From positions 1,721-65,720 of the forward strand of contig CAYUPN010000009.1 in NCBI GenBank assembly GCA_964446605.1: 64,000 bases of DNA, in the 5' to 3' direction. Shown one piece after another: positions 1-8,691 of this stretch. The stretch is from an uncultured Bifidobacteriaceae bacterium. Lineage in GTDB: Bacteria; Acidobacteriota; Vicinamibacteria; Vicinamibacterales; JAENWD01. The translations under genes were made by a program, and so were the position numbers. The notes under the pieces were generated by a model, which was not told the DNA's origin, made no database searches, and was given only the letters and a program-made list of their open reading frames with translations. The stretch's first letter is position 1. Every line of letters begins with the position of its first letter.

Positions 1-1
1 C

Positions 2-808
2 TACCTCTCGTACAGCGACCCCGGCCCCGACGGCTCGGCGATGACCGCCGTCGTCCGCGGGCGGCTGAAGGACGGGCAGTTCGTCGACCAGCAGCAGATC
101 TTCAAGGCGCCGGTCGAGCTGTACCGCACCGGGCGGGTCCACTTCGGGTCACGCTTCGTCTTCGACAACGGCTACCTGTTCTTCTCGATTGGCGAGCGCG
201 GCCAGCAGAAGGACGCGCAGGATCTGTCGCGTCCGAACGGCAAGGTGCACCGGCTGTTCGACGATGGCCGGGTGCCGCCGGACAACCCGTTCGTCGGGAA
301 GGCGGACGCGCTGCCGTCGATCTGGAGCTACGGGCACCGCAATCCGCAGGGGCTGGACAAGCACCCGGTCACCGGCGCGCTCTACGACGCCGAGCACGGC
401 CCGCGCGGCGGCGACGAGCTGAACCTCGTGCTGAAGGGGCGCAACTACGGCTGGCCGGTCATCACCTACGGGATGAACTACGACGGCACGCCGATGACCA
501 ACCAGACCGCCGCGCCGGGGATGGAGCAGCCGGTCACGTACTGGGTGCCGTCCATCGCGGTCTCGTCGATCGCGTTCTACACCGGCGACCGGTTCCCGAA
601 GTGGAAGCACAACCTGTTCGTCGGTGCGCTGGCCCAGCAGGAGCTGCGGCGGCTCGTCATGGAGGACGGCAAGGTCACGCACCAGGAAGTGCTGTTCAAG
701 AACATCGGGCGCGTGCGCGACGTCGTCAACGCGCCGGACGGCTACATTTACGTGACGTTCGACGGCGGACGGGTCGCCCGGCTCGTGCCGTCGGGGGGGA
801 CGAGGTAA
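2..808 (+). CDS. PQQ-dependent sugar (glucose/sorbosone) dehydrogenase, C-terminal part; 5' end lies outside the window
   Basis: The frame is open to the window start. Motifs FSIGERG, WSYGHRNPQG, GPRGGDELN and NYGWP are typical of soluble PQQ aldose dehydrogenase beta-propellers. Confidence 0.8.
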   Translation, partial: YLSYSDPGPDGSAMTAVVRGRLKDGQFVDQQQIFKAPVELYRTGRVHFGSRFVFDNGYLFFSIGERGQQKDAQDLSRPNGKVHRLFDDGRVPPDNPFVGKADALPSIWSYGHRNPQGLDKHPVTGALYDAEHGPRGGDELNLVLKGRNYGWPVITYGMNYDGTPMTNQTAAPGMEQPVTYWVPSIAVSSIAFYTGDRFPKWKHNLFVGALAQQELRRLVMEDGKVTHQEVLFKNIGRVRDVVNAPDGYIYVTFDGGRVARLVPSGGTR

Positions 809-848
809 GCCCCCTTCGCCCTTCGGACTCCGGAGGCGTCGCGCGTGA

Positions 849-874
849 GGCGGGGCTGAAGCCCCGCCGCTACA
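849..874. repeat. REP-like hairpin element GGCGGGGC-TGAA-GCCCCGCC-GCTACA (copy 1)
   Basis: Perfect 8-bp GC stem plus a conserved GCTACA tail. Related copies lie at 915, 6574 and 11685. Confidence 0.7.
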
Positions 875-914
875 CGCAGTCAGAAGGGGAGGCGCTCGCC
901 CTTTCAGTCTTGCC

Positions 915-939
915 TGTAGCGGCGGGCCTTCAGGCCCGC
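915..939. repeat. REP-like hairpin element, inverted orientation (TGTAGC-GGCGGGCC-TTCA-GGCCCGC)
   Basis: Near reverse complement of the 849..874 element, 40 nt downstream of it. The two form an inverted pair. Confidence 0.65.
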
Positions 940-1038
940 TGCACGGGCGCCGCGCGACTGCGAGTCCACAGCACATCGAGCCGCCACGCCCTTCCCGTTT
1001 TCCGTTGCTCAGCTTTTCCCGGTCCGGCGCCGGCTCGG

Positions 1039-1067
1039 TTTGACGTACGCTCCGGCAGCGTGCACAA
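1039..1067 (+). promoter_or_regulatory. Candidate sigma-70-type promoter TTGACG-17nt-CACAAT
   Basis: Hexamers with 17-nt spacing about 70 nt upstream of the 1138 start. This is the only lower-G+C stretch in the spacer. Confidence 0.3.
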
Positions 1068-1137
1068 TACCCCAACTCTTTTAGGCCAAAGCATTTGACG
1101 GCCGGGTTCTCGATCGGCCCGGCCGGGCGGGGGAGGG

Positions 1138-3618
1138 GTGCACCGGTTCGTCGTCGGCTTGCCGCTCGTGGGTCTCCTCGTACTGAGCGCCGCTCCGCGG
1201 GTCGGGGAGTCGGCGGCCGACGAGGCCGACGTCGCGCGATTCGAGGAGACGGTCCAGCCGTTCGTCGAGGACACGTGTCTTCCCTGCCACAACGATCGCC
1301 GCCGGCGGGGTGGCCTGAGCATGGCGTCCCTGCAGGCGCTCGACTCCGTCGCGCACGACCCGAACACCTGGGAGAAGATGCTCGGGAAGATGCGGACCGG
1401 CGAGATGCCGCCGCCGGAGGATCCCCGCCCGCATCCCGAGACGCTGGAGAAGGTCACCGCGTGGATCGAGCACGAGCTCGAGCGCATCGACCGCCTCGCC
1501 CCGCCCGAACCGGGCCGCCTCACCATCCGCCGCCTCAACCGCACCGAATACAACCACACCGTCCGCGACCTGCTCGGCGTGGATGTCCGTCCCGCCGACG
1601 ACTTCCCGCAGGACGATTCGGGCTACGGATTCGACAACATCGCGGACGTGCTGTCGATCTCGCCGGTGCTGATGGAGCGGTACGTCATCGCCGCCGAGCG
1701 GGTCGCGCGGCTGGCGGTGTTCGGGCCCGAGCCGCTGAAGCCGACGCTCGTCCGGAAGAACTCCGGGCCGCGCAAGGTCGTCGAGATCACGACCGTGCCC
1801 GAGGAGTACGACGAGACCGGTCTGACGTTGCCGAACGCGGCGCACACGATGCACCGGTTCCCGGTGGACGGGGAGTACGTCATCCGCGTGCACGCCGGGG
1901 GCATCCGCCCGGCCGCATCGGAGCCGGTCACGTACACGCTCTGGATCGACGGGCGCGAGGTCGCGAGTCAGTCGCTCGACGCGGCCGCACAGGCCTCCTT
2001 CTCGCAGGACGAGCAGGAGCTGTTCGGGAAGACGCTCGACTTCCGCACGCGTCTGACGGCGGGTGACCACTGGATTGCGGTCGCCATCCCGCGGCTCTTC
2101 GAGGGGCTGCCGCCGAGCTATGGCGGTCCGAACCCGTCGACGCGGCCGATCCCGCCGCCGCGCGAGTTCAAGCCGCCGCGCCGCGAGCTGCCTCCGGAGC
2201 GGATCGCGGAGATCCGGAAGCGCTTCGAGGAGGAGCAGGCCCGCGTGCGGCCGAGCAACAGCGCGCGGGTCGGGTATCTCGAAATCGGCGGTCCGTACGA
2301 GCAGGCGACGGGCCCGCTGCCGGGCAGCCGCGAGCGGATCTTCGTCTGCGGACACCCCGCGGGCTCGCATGTGCAGGGCTGCGCCCGGCGCATCGTCACG
2401 AACCTGGCGCGGCGGGCGTACCGCCGCCCCGTCGGCGCCGCCGACGTCGAGCCGCTGCTCGGGCTGTTCCGGCAGGCGCGGAGCGCCGGCGACAGCTTCG
2501 ACCAGGGCATCGCGCTCGCGCTGCAGGCGATGCTGGTCTCGCCCGACTTCCTGTTCCGCATCGAGCAGGACCGCACGCCGGACGGCGGCGTGGCGCCGAT
2601 CGGCCCGCACGAGCTGGCGACCCGCCTGTCCTACTTCCTCTGGGCGAGCATGCCGGACGAGGCGCTGATGGCGAAGGCGGACGCCGGCACCCTCGGTGAT
2701 CCCGCGGTGCTCGAAGCCGAGGTCCGGCGCATGCTGCGCGACGAGCGCGCGATGACGCTGGTGCACGAGTTCGGCGGCCAGTGGCTGCAGATCCGCGCGC
2801 TGGAGAACGTCAACCCGGACGTCGAGAAGTACCCCGGGTTCGATCCCTACCTGCGGATGTCGATGCGCGAGGAGACCGAGCGGTTCTTCGCCCGCATCAT
2901 CCGCGAGGATCGCAGCATTCTCGAGTTCCTCGACGCGCGTTACAGCTACGTGAACGAGCGGCTCGCGCGGCACTACGGCATTCCCGGCGTGCGCGGGCCC
3001 GAGTTCCAGCTCGTCCGGCTCAACGATCCGAACCGCGGCGGCATCGTCACGCACGCGAGCGTGCTGACGGTGTCGTCGTACTCCACGCGGACCTCGCCGG
3101 TGCTGCGCGGGCGGTGGGTGCTCGACAACCTGCTCGACGCGAACCCCGCCGACCCGCCGCCGGACACGCCGGCGATCGAGGAGAGCGGGGCGGACGCGTC
3201 GATGTCGATGCGCGAACAGCTCGAGGCGCATCGCGCGAACCCGATCTGCGCCGCCTGCCACGTCCGCATGGACCCGCTCGGCTTCGGGCTCGAGAACTTC
3301 GACCCGATCGGCCAGTGGCGCGAGATGGACGGCGAGTTCCCGGTCGACTCGACGGGGAACCTGCCGGACGGCCGGTCGTTCCAGGGGCCGGCCGGGCTGC
3401 GCGAGATTCTGGGCACGGAGGAGGACGCCTTCGCCAAGGCGCTGACCTCCAAGCTGCTCACCTATGCGCTCGGGCGGGGGCTCGAGCCATACGACCGCCG
3501 CACCGTACGGATGATCGCGCGGCGGCTGCCGCATCACGAGTACCGGTTCTCGGGACTCGTGATGGAGATCGTCAACAGCGTGCCATTCCGCATGCGCCGG
3601 GGAGTGACCACACCATGA
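1138..3618 (+). CDS. DUF1592/DUF1595/DUF1587/DUF1588/DUF1585-type multi-domain protein (Planctomycete PSD/PSCyt family) with an N-terminal CxxCH heme-c motif
   Basis: 826-aa ORF with a hydrophobic signal-like N-terminus and CLPCH near the N-terminus. The stop overlaps the next start (ATGA). It is the canonical partner of DUF1552. Confidence 0.8.
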   Translation: MHRFVVGLPLVGLLVLSAAPRVGESAADEADVARFEETVQPFVEDTCLPCHNDRRRRGGLSMASLQALDSVAHDPNTWEKMLGKMRTGEMPPPEDPRPHPETLEKVTAWIEHELERIDRLAPPEPGRLTIRRLNRTEYNHTVRDLLGVDVRPADDFPQDDSGYGFDNIADVLSISPVLMERYVIAAERVARLAVFGPEPLKPTLVRKNSGPRKVVEITTVPEEYDETGLTLPNAAHTMHRFPVDGEYVIRVHAGGIRPAASEPVTYTLWIDGREVASQSLDAAAQASFSQDEQELFGKTLDFRTRLTAGDHWIAVAIPRLFEGLPPSYGGPNPSTRPIPPPREFKPPRRELPPERIAEIRKRFEEEQARVRPSNSARVGYLEIGGPYEQATGPLPGSRERIFVCGHPAGSHVQGCARRIVTNLARRAYRRPVGAADVEPLLGLFRQARSAGDSFDQGIALALQAMLVSPDFLFRIEQDRTPDGGVAPIGPHELATRLSYFLWASMPDEALMAKADAGTLGDPAVLEAEVRRMLRDERAMTLVHEFGGQWLQIRALENVNPDVEKYPGFDPYLRMSMREETERFFARIIREDRSILEFLDARYSYVNERLARHYGIPGVRGPEFQLVRLNDPNRGGIVTHASVLTVSSYSTRTSPVLRGRWVLDNLLDANPADPPPDTPAIEESGADASMSMREQLEAHRANPICAACHVRMDPLGFGLENFDPIGQWREMDGEFPVDSTGNLPDGRSFQGPAGLREILGTEEDAFAKALTSKLLTYALGRGLEPYDRRTVRMIARRLPHHEYRFSGLVMEIVNSVPFRMRRGVTTP

Positions 3619-4976
3619 TCGCTACGGGCAAGCACCTGCCACGCCGACTGTTCCTCCAGGGCCTCGGGGCCGCCATCGCGTTGCCGTATCTGGACGCGAT
3701 GACCCCGGCGTTCGCCGCGGGAACGGCGACGGCGGCGCCGCGCACGCGGCTCATCTTCACGTACGTGCCGAACGGCGTGACCATGGAGGACTGGACGCCG
3801 GCAACGGTCGGCCGCGCGTTCGAGCTGACGCGCATCCTGAAGCCGATGGCGCCGTTCCGCGACCGGATGCTCGTGCTGTCGGGCCTGGCGCACAAGAACG
3901 CGTACGCGCTGGGCGACGGGCCCGGCGATCACGCACGCGCCGCGGCCTGCTATCTCACCGGCGTACACCCCCGGAAGACGTCGGGCGCCGACATCCACAA
4001 CGGCGTGTCGGTGGACCAGATCGCCGCGAAGGCCATCGGGTCGAGCACGCGGTACCCGTCGCTCGAGCTCGGCTGCGACGACTCGCGCACGGTCGGCAAC
4101 TGCGATTCCGGCTACAGCTGCGCGTATACGAACTCGCTCTCCTGGCGCAGCGAGACGACCCCGAATCCGCCCGAGACGAATCCGCGGCTCGTGTTCGAGC
4201 GCCTCTTCGGCGCGTTCAGCGATGCGGGCCTGAGCCCCGAGGCGCGGGCGCGCCGGCAGGACTACCGGCGCAGCGTCCTCGACCACACGATCGAGCGGGC
4301 GAAGGCGCTGCTCGGCGTGCTCGGGCCGTCGGACCGGCGGAAGATGGACGAGTACTTCACCTCCATCCGCGAGGTGGAGCGCCGGATCCAGATGGCGGAG
4401 CAGGACCGCACCGGTCTTCCGGACGATGTCGAGATGCCGACCGGGATCCCGGTGACCTACAACGAGTACGCGAAGCTGATGTTCGAGATGCAGCGGCTCG
4501 CGATGCAGGCCGATCTCACGCGCGTCATCACGATGATGATGGGGCGCGAGGGGAGCATGCGGACGTACCCGGAGATCGGCGTGCCCGACCCGCACCACCC
4601 GCTGACACACCACCGCAACACGCCGGAGTGGATCGAGAAGGTCACGCAGGTGAACGAGTTCCACATGCAGCTCTTCTCGGAGTTCCTCGCGAACCTGCAG
4701 GCCACGCCGGACGGCGACGGCACGCTGTTCGACCACTCGCTCATCGTCTACGGCAGCGGCATCGCCGACGGCGACCGGCACTCGCACACCGACCTGCCGG
4801 TCATCCTCACCGGCGGCGCCGGCCGGTTCCGGACGGGGCAGCACATCCGGTATCCGGAGGACACGCCGATGACGAACCTCTATCTCACGCTGCTCGACCG
4901 CGTCGGCGTGCAGGCGGAGACGATCGGCGACAGCACGGGCCGGGTGGAGCACCTCACGGACGTCGGGACGGCCTAG
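3615..4976 (+). CDS. DUF1552 domain-containing protein with a Tat-type signal peptide
   Basis: Internal ATG at 3615 within track ORF 2781..4976. The N-terminus reads MIATGKHLPRRLFLQGLGAAIALPYLDAM. It overlaps the upstream gene by 4 nt. Confidence 0.8.
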   Translation: MIATGKHLPRRLFLQGLGAAIALPYLDAMTPAFAAGTATAAPRTRLIFTYVPNGVTMEDWTPATVGRAFELTRILKPMAPFRDRMLVLSGLAHKNAYALGDGPGDHARAAACYLTGVHPRKTSGADIHNGVSVDQIAAKAIGSSTRYPSLELGCDDSRTVGNCDSGYSCAYTNSLSWRSETTPNPPETNPRLVFERLFGAFSDAGLSPEARARRQDYRRSVLDHTIERAKALLGVLGPSDRRKMDEYFTSIREVERRIQMAEQDRTGLPDDVEMPTGIPVTYNEYAKLMFEMQRLAMQADLTRVITMMMGREGSMRTYPEIGVPDPHHPLTHHRNTPEWIEKVTQVNEFHMQLFSEFLANLQATPDGDGTLFDHSLIVYGSGIADGDRHSHTDLPVILTGGAGRFRTGQHIRYPEDTPMTNLYLTLLDRVGVQAETIGDSTGRVEHLTDVGTA

Positions 4977-4981
4977 TTCGA

Positions 4982-5076
4982 CGGGCCACAGAGGCGCGAG
5001 ACACAGAGACGGCACAGAGGCCGGATCGTTCAGGCCCTCCGTGCGTTCTCCGTGTCCTCTGGGTCTCTGTGGCCCG
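4982..5076. terminator. Long imperfect hairpin built from CACAGAG words between convergent genes
   Basis: CGGGCCACAGAG (4982-4993) pairs perfectly with CTCTGTGGCCCG (5065-5076). The inner arms are partly complementary and there is no T-tract. Confidence 0.4.
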
Positions 5077-5087
5077 TAGTCGTGATT

Positions 5088-5122
5088 GGCAGCTGCCAGC
5101 CGCCAGCTGCCAGCCGCCAGCT
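5088..5122. repeat. Tandem 14-mer GCCAGCTGCCAGCC, about 2.5 copies
   Basis: Direct reading gives ggcagctgccagccgccagctgccagccgccagct. Confidence 0.8.
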
Positions 5123-5125
5123 ACT

Positions 5126-6406
5126 TCATTCAGAAATCCGATACAGGTGCTTCGTGCCCCGCAGGTAGATCTCGCCGTCCACCAGCGCGGGTGACGCGTC
5201 GATCGCCTCGTCGAGCGCGTTCGTCGCGAGCACCTTGTACTCCGGGCCGGCTTCGAGCACGAGCGTCGTGCCTTCCCGTCCGACGATGTAGACGCGGCCT
5301 GCGGCACCGACGGGCGACGCATAGACGTTCGGCACGGCCTCCAGGCGCTGCGTGTAATGGACGGCTCCGGTCTTCGCATCGAGCTGCGTGAGGATGCCGG
5401 AGTTCGACTTCAGGAAGTAGAGCCCGCCGCGATACACGAGAGGCGAGGGCACGTACGGCGTGTCGCGGTCGTAGGTGAAGGCCACCGCCGGCGGGCCGGT
5501 CAGCTCGCCCCTGGCGTGTTCGAGCCGGATCGCCTTCAGCGAGCTGCCGCGGAACCCGGCGGTCGCGTACACGATCCCGTCGGCCGACACGGGCGACGGG
5601 ATGACGTTCAGCGTGGTCCCCTCCGTCTGCCAGATCACGTCGCCCGACTCGAGGTCGTACCCGATCAGCCTGTTCGTGCCGTTGACGACGACCTGCGCGC
5701 GCCCCGCGTGCGTGAGGATGTGCGGCGTCGCCCACGTCGTCGGCTCGTCGCGCGTCTGCCGCCACTTCTCGCGTCCCGTGGCCGCGTCGAAGGCCGCGAC
5801 GAAGTCGTCCTCCTGGTGGTCCCACGTCACGACCAGCGTGCCGTCGTGCAGCGCCGCGGAGGCTCCTTCGCCGAACGACATCCGCGTCTGCATGTCGCCA
5901 AGGTCCTTCTCCCAGAGGACGGTGCCGTTCGGGTCGAGCGCGTACAGTCCGCGCGATCCGAAGAAGGCGTAGACACGCTCGCCGTCGAGGATGGCGGACG
6001 GCGAGGCAAAGGTGCCGTCGCGGTGATGGCCTTCGTGCGGGCGCTCGGTCCTGACGACACGCTGCCACCGCAGGGCGCCGCTCGCGCGGTCGTAGGCGAG
6101 CACCGTGAATGCGAGCTCCGCGTCGGGGCCCGTCGACACCGGCACCGCCGTCGTCAGGACGACCAGCCCGTCCCAGACGACCGGCGTGCTCTTGCCGATT
6201 CCCGGGATCGGGATCTTCCAGGCGACGTTCCTGGTCGCGCTCCACTCGAGCGGCGGCATCGCGTGCGGCGCCTCGCCCGTCCCGAGCGGACCGCGCCACT
6301 GCGGCCAGAAGCGCGCCGCTCCGGATCCGATGGCCGCGGCGGGCACGAGGGCGAATGTCAGGATGGCGGCGGAAAGCGCGAGACCGAGCCAGCGTCGGAT
6401 GGACAT
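5126..6406 (-). CDS. PQQ-like beta-propeller repeat protein (secreted), paralog 1
   Basis: Internal ATG gives the signal peptide MSIRRWLGLALSAAILTFALVPAAA. WPQWRGP...GTG and repeated propeller blades follow. The track N-extension only translates a repeat array. Confidence 0.75.
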   Translation of the reverse strand: MSIRRWLGLALSAAILTFALVPAAAIGSGAARFWPQWRGPLGTGEAPHAMPPLEWSATRNVAWKIPIPGIGKSTPVVWDGLVVLTTAVPVSTGPDAELAFTVLAYDRASGALRWQRVVRTERPHEGHHRDGTFASPSAILDGERVYAFFGSRGLYALDPNGTVLWEKDLGDMQTRMSFGEGASAALHDGTLVVTWDHQEDDFVAAFDAATGREKWRQTRDEPTTWATPHILTHAGRAQVVVNGTNRLIGYDLESGDVIWQTEGTTLNVIPSPVSADGIVYATAGFRGSSLKAIRLEHARGELTGPPAVAFTYDRDTPYVPSPLVYRGGLYFLKSNSGILTQLDAKTGAVHYTQRLEAVPNVYASPVGAAGRVYIVGREGTTLVLEAGPEYKVLATNALDEAIDASPALVDGEIYLRGTKHLYRISE

Positions 6407-6442
6407 GTGCCATTCAACGCCGGAGGGGGAGAGGGTGTTTAC

Positions 6443-6512
6443 CTGGGCCTTCGACTTTGGGCTCTGGGCCGTTCGTGGGCCTTGGACTTTGGACTTTGGG
6501 CCTTGGGCCGGA
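6443..6512. repeat. Degenerate tandem array of GGGCCTTGG / GACTTTGG words
   Basis: tgggccttcgactttgggctctgggccgttcgtgggccttggactttggactttgggccttgggcc. It uses the same word family as 26634..26734. Confidence 0.75.
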
Positions 6513-6573
6513 TGGGGCAATTCCCCGCATCCGGCCAGACCCGCTGGAGTTTGCTGTCACGCTGCGCGCGGAT

Positions 6574-6601
6574 GGCGGGGCTGTGAAGCCCCGCCGCTAC
6601 A
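6574..6601. repeat. REP-like hairpin element (copy 3): GGCGGGGC-TGTGAA-GCCCCGCC-GCTACA
   Basis: Same stem and tail as 849..874. Confidence 0.7.
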
Positions 6602-6792
6602 GCAACTCATCTGGGGCGTCCCAGGCCCAACGGCTGTTCGGCCCTACGAATCGGACAGCGTGACAGCGAAGGACCCGACTGAAAGCAGGCGTTCTTCATC
6701 GGCGGGCCGGACCTCGCGGCACGCTACATCGCCCGTCATCCGCGCACGCTGGCGATCCTCCAGCCCGACGGTGCCACGGTCCCGCTTATCAT

Positions 6793-6815
6793 GGGTCACC
6801 ACCCCGGAGTGACCC
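6793..6815. promoter_or_regulatory. Inverted repeat GGGTCAC-N9-GTGACCC; candidate operator, possibly for the downstream GntR regulator
   Basis: Perfect 7-bp arms immediately upstream of the GGAGG RBS (6817-6821) and the GTG at 6826. Confidence 0.3.
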
Positions 6816-6825
6816 TGGAGGCTTC

Positions 6826-7823
6826 GTGCACCTGACGCCCGAACAGCAGACGGTCGGACGCCGGAACTTCCTCAAGGCCGTGGCCGGCGTGCCGGCGCTC
6901 GCCGGACTCGGCGCCGCAATGACGTGCTGTGCGAGAAGATGATGGCGTGGGACGTCGAAGGCTGCGTGCGCATGCGCGACACCGCCCGGCGGACGGGGCT
7001 CGTGCTGGAGATCGGCTACCAGCGTCGCTACAACGCGATGTACCACGCCGCGCACGAAGGCGTGATCCGGCGCGGCCTGCTGGGCGACGTCCATCTGTCA
7101 CGAATACTGTGGCACCGCAACGCGAACTGGCGCCGGCACGGCGACCCGCCGTCGGCCGGCTACGACCCGTCCGCGTGGGGATATCCCGACTGGGAGCATC
7201 TGCTCAACTGGCGCCTCTACCGGCGCTACTCGCGCGGGCTGCCCGCCGAGCTCGCCTCGCATCAGGTGAACGTCGTCAACTGGTTCTTCGGTGCGGAGCC
7301 CGAAGCGGTGCTGGGGTCGGGCGGCATCTACCGCCACCGCGATGGCCGCGAGGTGGAGGATCACGTCTACGTGACCTTCGAGTACCCGGATGGCCGGACG
7401 GCCGTGTTCTCGTCGATCGAATCGAACGCGTTCGACCACTACTCCGAAGCGTTCTTCGGCACGAAGGGCACCCTCGTCCTGCGCGGTGAGACCGACGCGT
7501 ATCTCTTCCACGAGGGGAGCGACGCGCAGGAAGCCCTCGCGATCACGCCCGCCGGACCCGGGCCGGTGCTCGAAGCGTCGGAGAGCCGCGCCGCCGACGC
7601 CGCCGGGGCGGGGCCGAACGGCGGACAGACGGGCCGCGGCAACCGGCTGGCCGCGTACCGCGCCGAGACTGCCGGGTTCTGTTCCGCGATCCGCGCGGGC
7701 ACGCCGCTCCGATGCGGCCCCGACGAGGCGATGGGATCGGCCATTGTCTGTCTGCGCGCGCTCGAAGCCATCGAACGGAAGGCCCGGGTTCCGATCCGCG
7801 CCGGGCAGCAGGAGCACACGTGA
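6826..7823 (+). pseudogene. Gfo/Idh/MocA-family oxidoreductase with the Rossmann domain deleted; the Tat signal is out of frame with the C-terminal domain
   Basis: The RBS plus GTG at 6826 encodes the Tat signal VHLTPEQQTVGRRNFLKAVAGVPALAGLGAA, which stops after 38 codons. A different frame resumes at ..NDVLCEKMMAW (the EKP motif that ends the NAD domain) and continues for 299 aa. About 110 aa of the dinucleotide-binding domain are missing. Confidence 0.6.
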
Positions 7824-8542
7824 GCCCGATGCCCGCGGCGGACGCGCGCCCGCCCCACCGGACGAAGCAGGAGTTCGTCTATCACACCATCCGGCGGGCG
7901 ATCCTGCGCTGCGAGGCGCAGCCCGGCGAGCGGCTCGTCATCGAGGACATCGCGCAGCGGCTGAAGGTCAGCAGCATCCCGGTGCGCGAGGCGCTGCAGC
8001 TGCTGCAGTCCGAAGGGCTCGTCGTGATGGTGCCGCACGTCGGCGCCACCGTGGCGCCGCTCTCGCGCGAGTCGATCATCGACCTGTTCACGATCACCGA
8101 GGGGCTGCAGATCGTCGCCGCGCGTACTGCGGTCGAGCGCGGCACGCCGGAGGAGTTCCGCACGCTCGAGCGGCTGATTGTCGGGATGGACGACGCGGTG
8201 CGCGAGGAGCGGCTCGAGGACTGGAGCGAGCTCAACACGGCGTTCCACGTCGCGATCGCGGAGATGGCCCGGCTGCCGCTGCTGCTGCAGATGACGGTGC
8301 AGGTGTTCGACCGCTGGGACCGGACGCGCCGCTACTTCTTCCGCAGCGTGCTGGCGATGCGCATGCCGAGCGCCCAGGCGGAGCATCACGCGATCGTGTC
8401 CGCGATCTCGCGCCGTGCCGTCGACGAGCTGCCCGCGCTCATGCGCGATCACAGCCAGAACGCGATGCGCGCCTATCTCGCGCATCTCGACGCGCAGCCG
8501 GATCCGGCCGGACGCGGGCCGCAGCCCGGGGACGCGGCGTGA
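7820..8542 (+). CDS. GntR-family transcriptional regulator (FadR/FCD type)
   Basis: The winged-HTH reads [48 protein letters not shown], followed by a helical FCD-like C-terminal domain. The GTG overlaps the upstream stop (GTGA). An alternative ATG lies at 7829. Confidence 0.8.
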   Translation: MSPMPAADARPPHRTKQEFVYHTIRRAILRCEAQPGERLVIEDIAQRLKVSSIPVREALQLLQSEGLVVMVPHVGATVAPLSRESIIDLFTITEGLQIVAARTAVERGTPEEFRTLERLIVGMDDAVREERLEDWSELNTAFHVAIAEMARLPLLLQMTVQVFDRWDRTRRYFFRSVLAMRMPSAQAEHHAIVSAISRRAVDELPALMRDHSQNAMRAYLAHLDAQPDPAGRGPQPGDAA

Positions 8543-8691
8543 GCGCGGGCGCGGTGCGGCCGCGGGCCGAGGCCGTCGCGCTGGTCCTCCTCCGCACGCT
8601 CGTCGGCTGGCACTTCCTGTACGAGGGGCTCTACAAACTGGCGCTGCCCGGCTGGAGCCGCGCCGGAGCGCCTGCCTGCGGCGCTCCGGTG
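8539..8691 (+). pseudogene. DoxX-family membrane protein, N-terminal fragment only
   Basis: GTGA-coupled start. [29 protein letters not shown] matches the first DoxX helix, after which the hydrophobic character is lost. It is truncated where the convergent VOC gene begins. Confidence 0.5.

Noticed and set aside
1081-3537. 818-aa ORF antisense to the DUF1592 gene. Similar long antisense ORFs include 3534..5015(-), 20092..22404(+), 25235..26785(-), 31499..34369(-), 42006..46091(+) and 52873..55800(+).
   Set aside because: Their translations are Arg/Ala/Pro/Gly/Asp-rich low-complexity strings with no motifs. Each lies exactly opposite a gene with clear family signatures. These are the stop-poor shadow frames expected in very GC-rich DNA.
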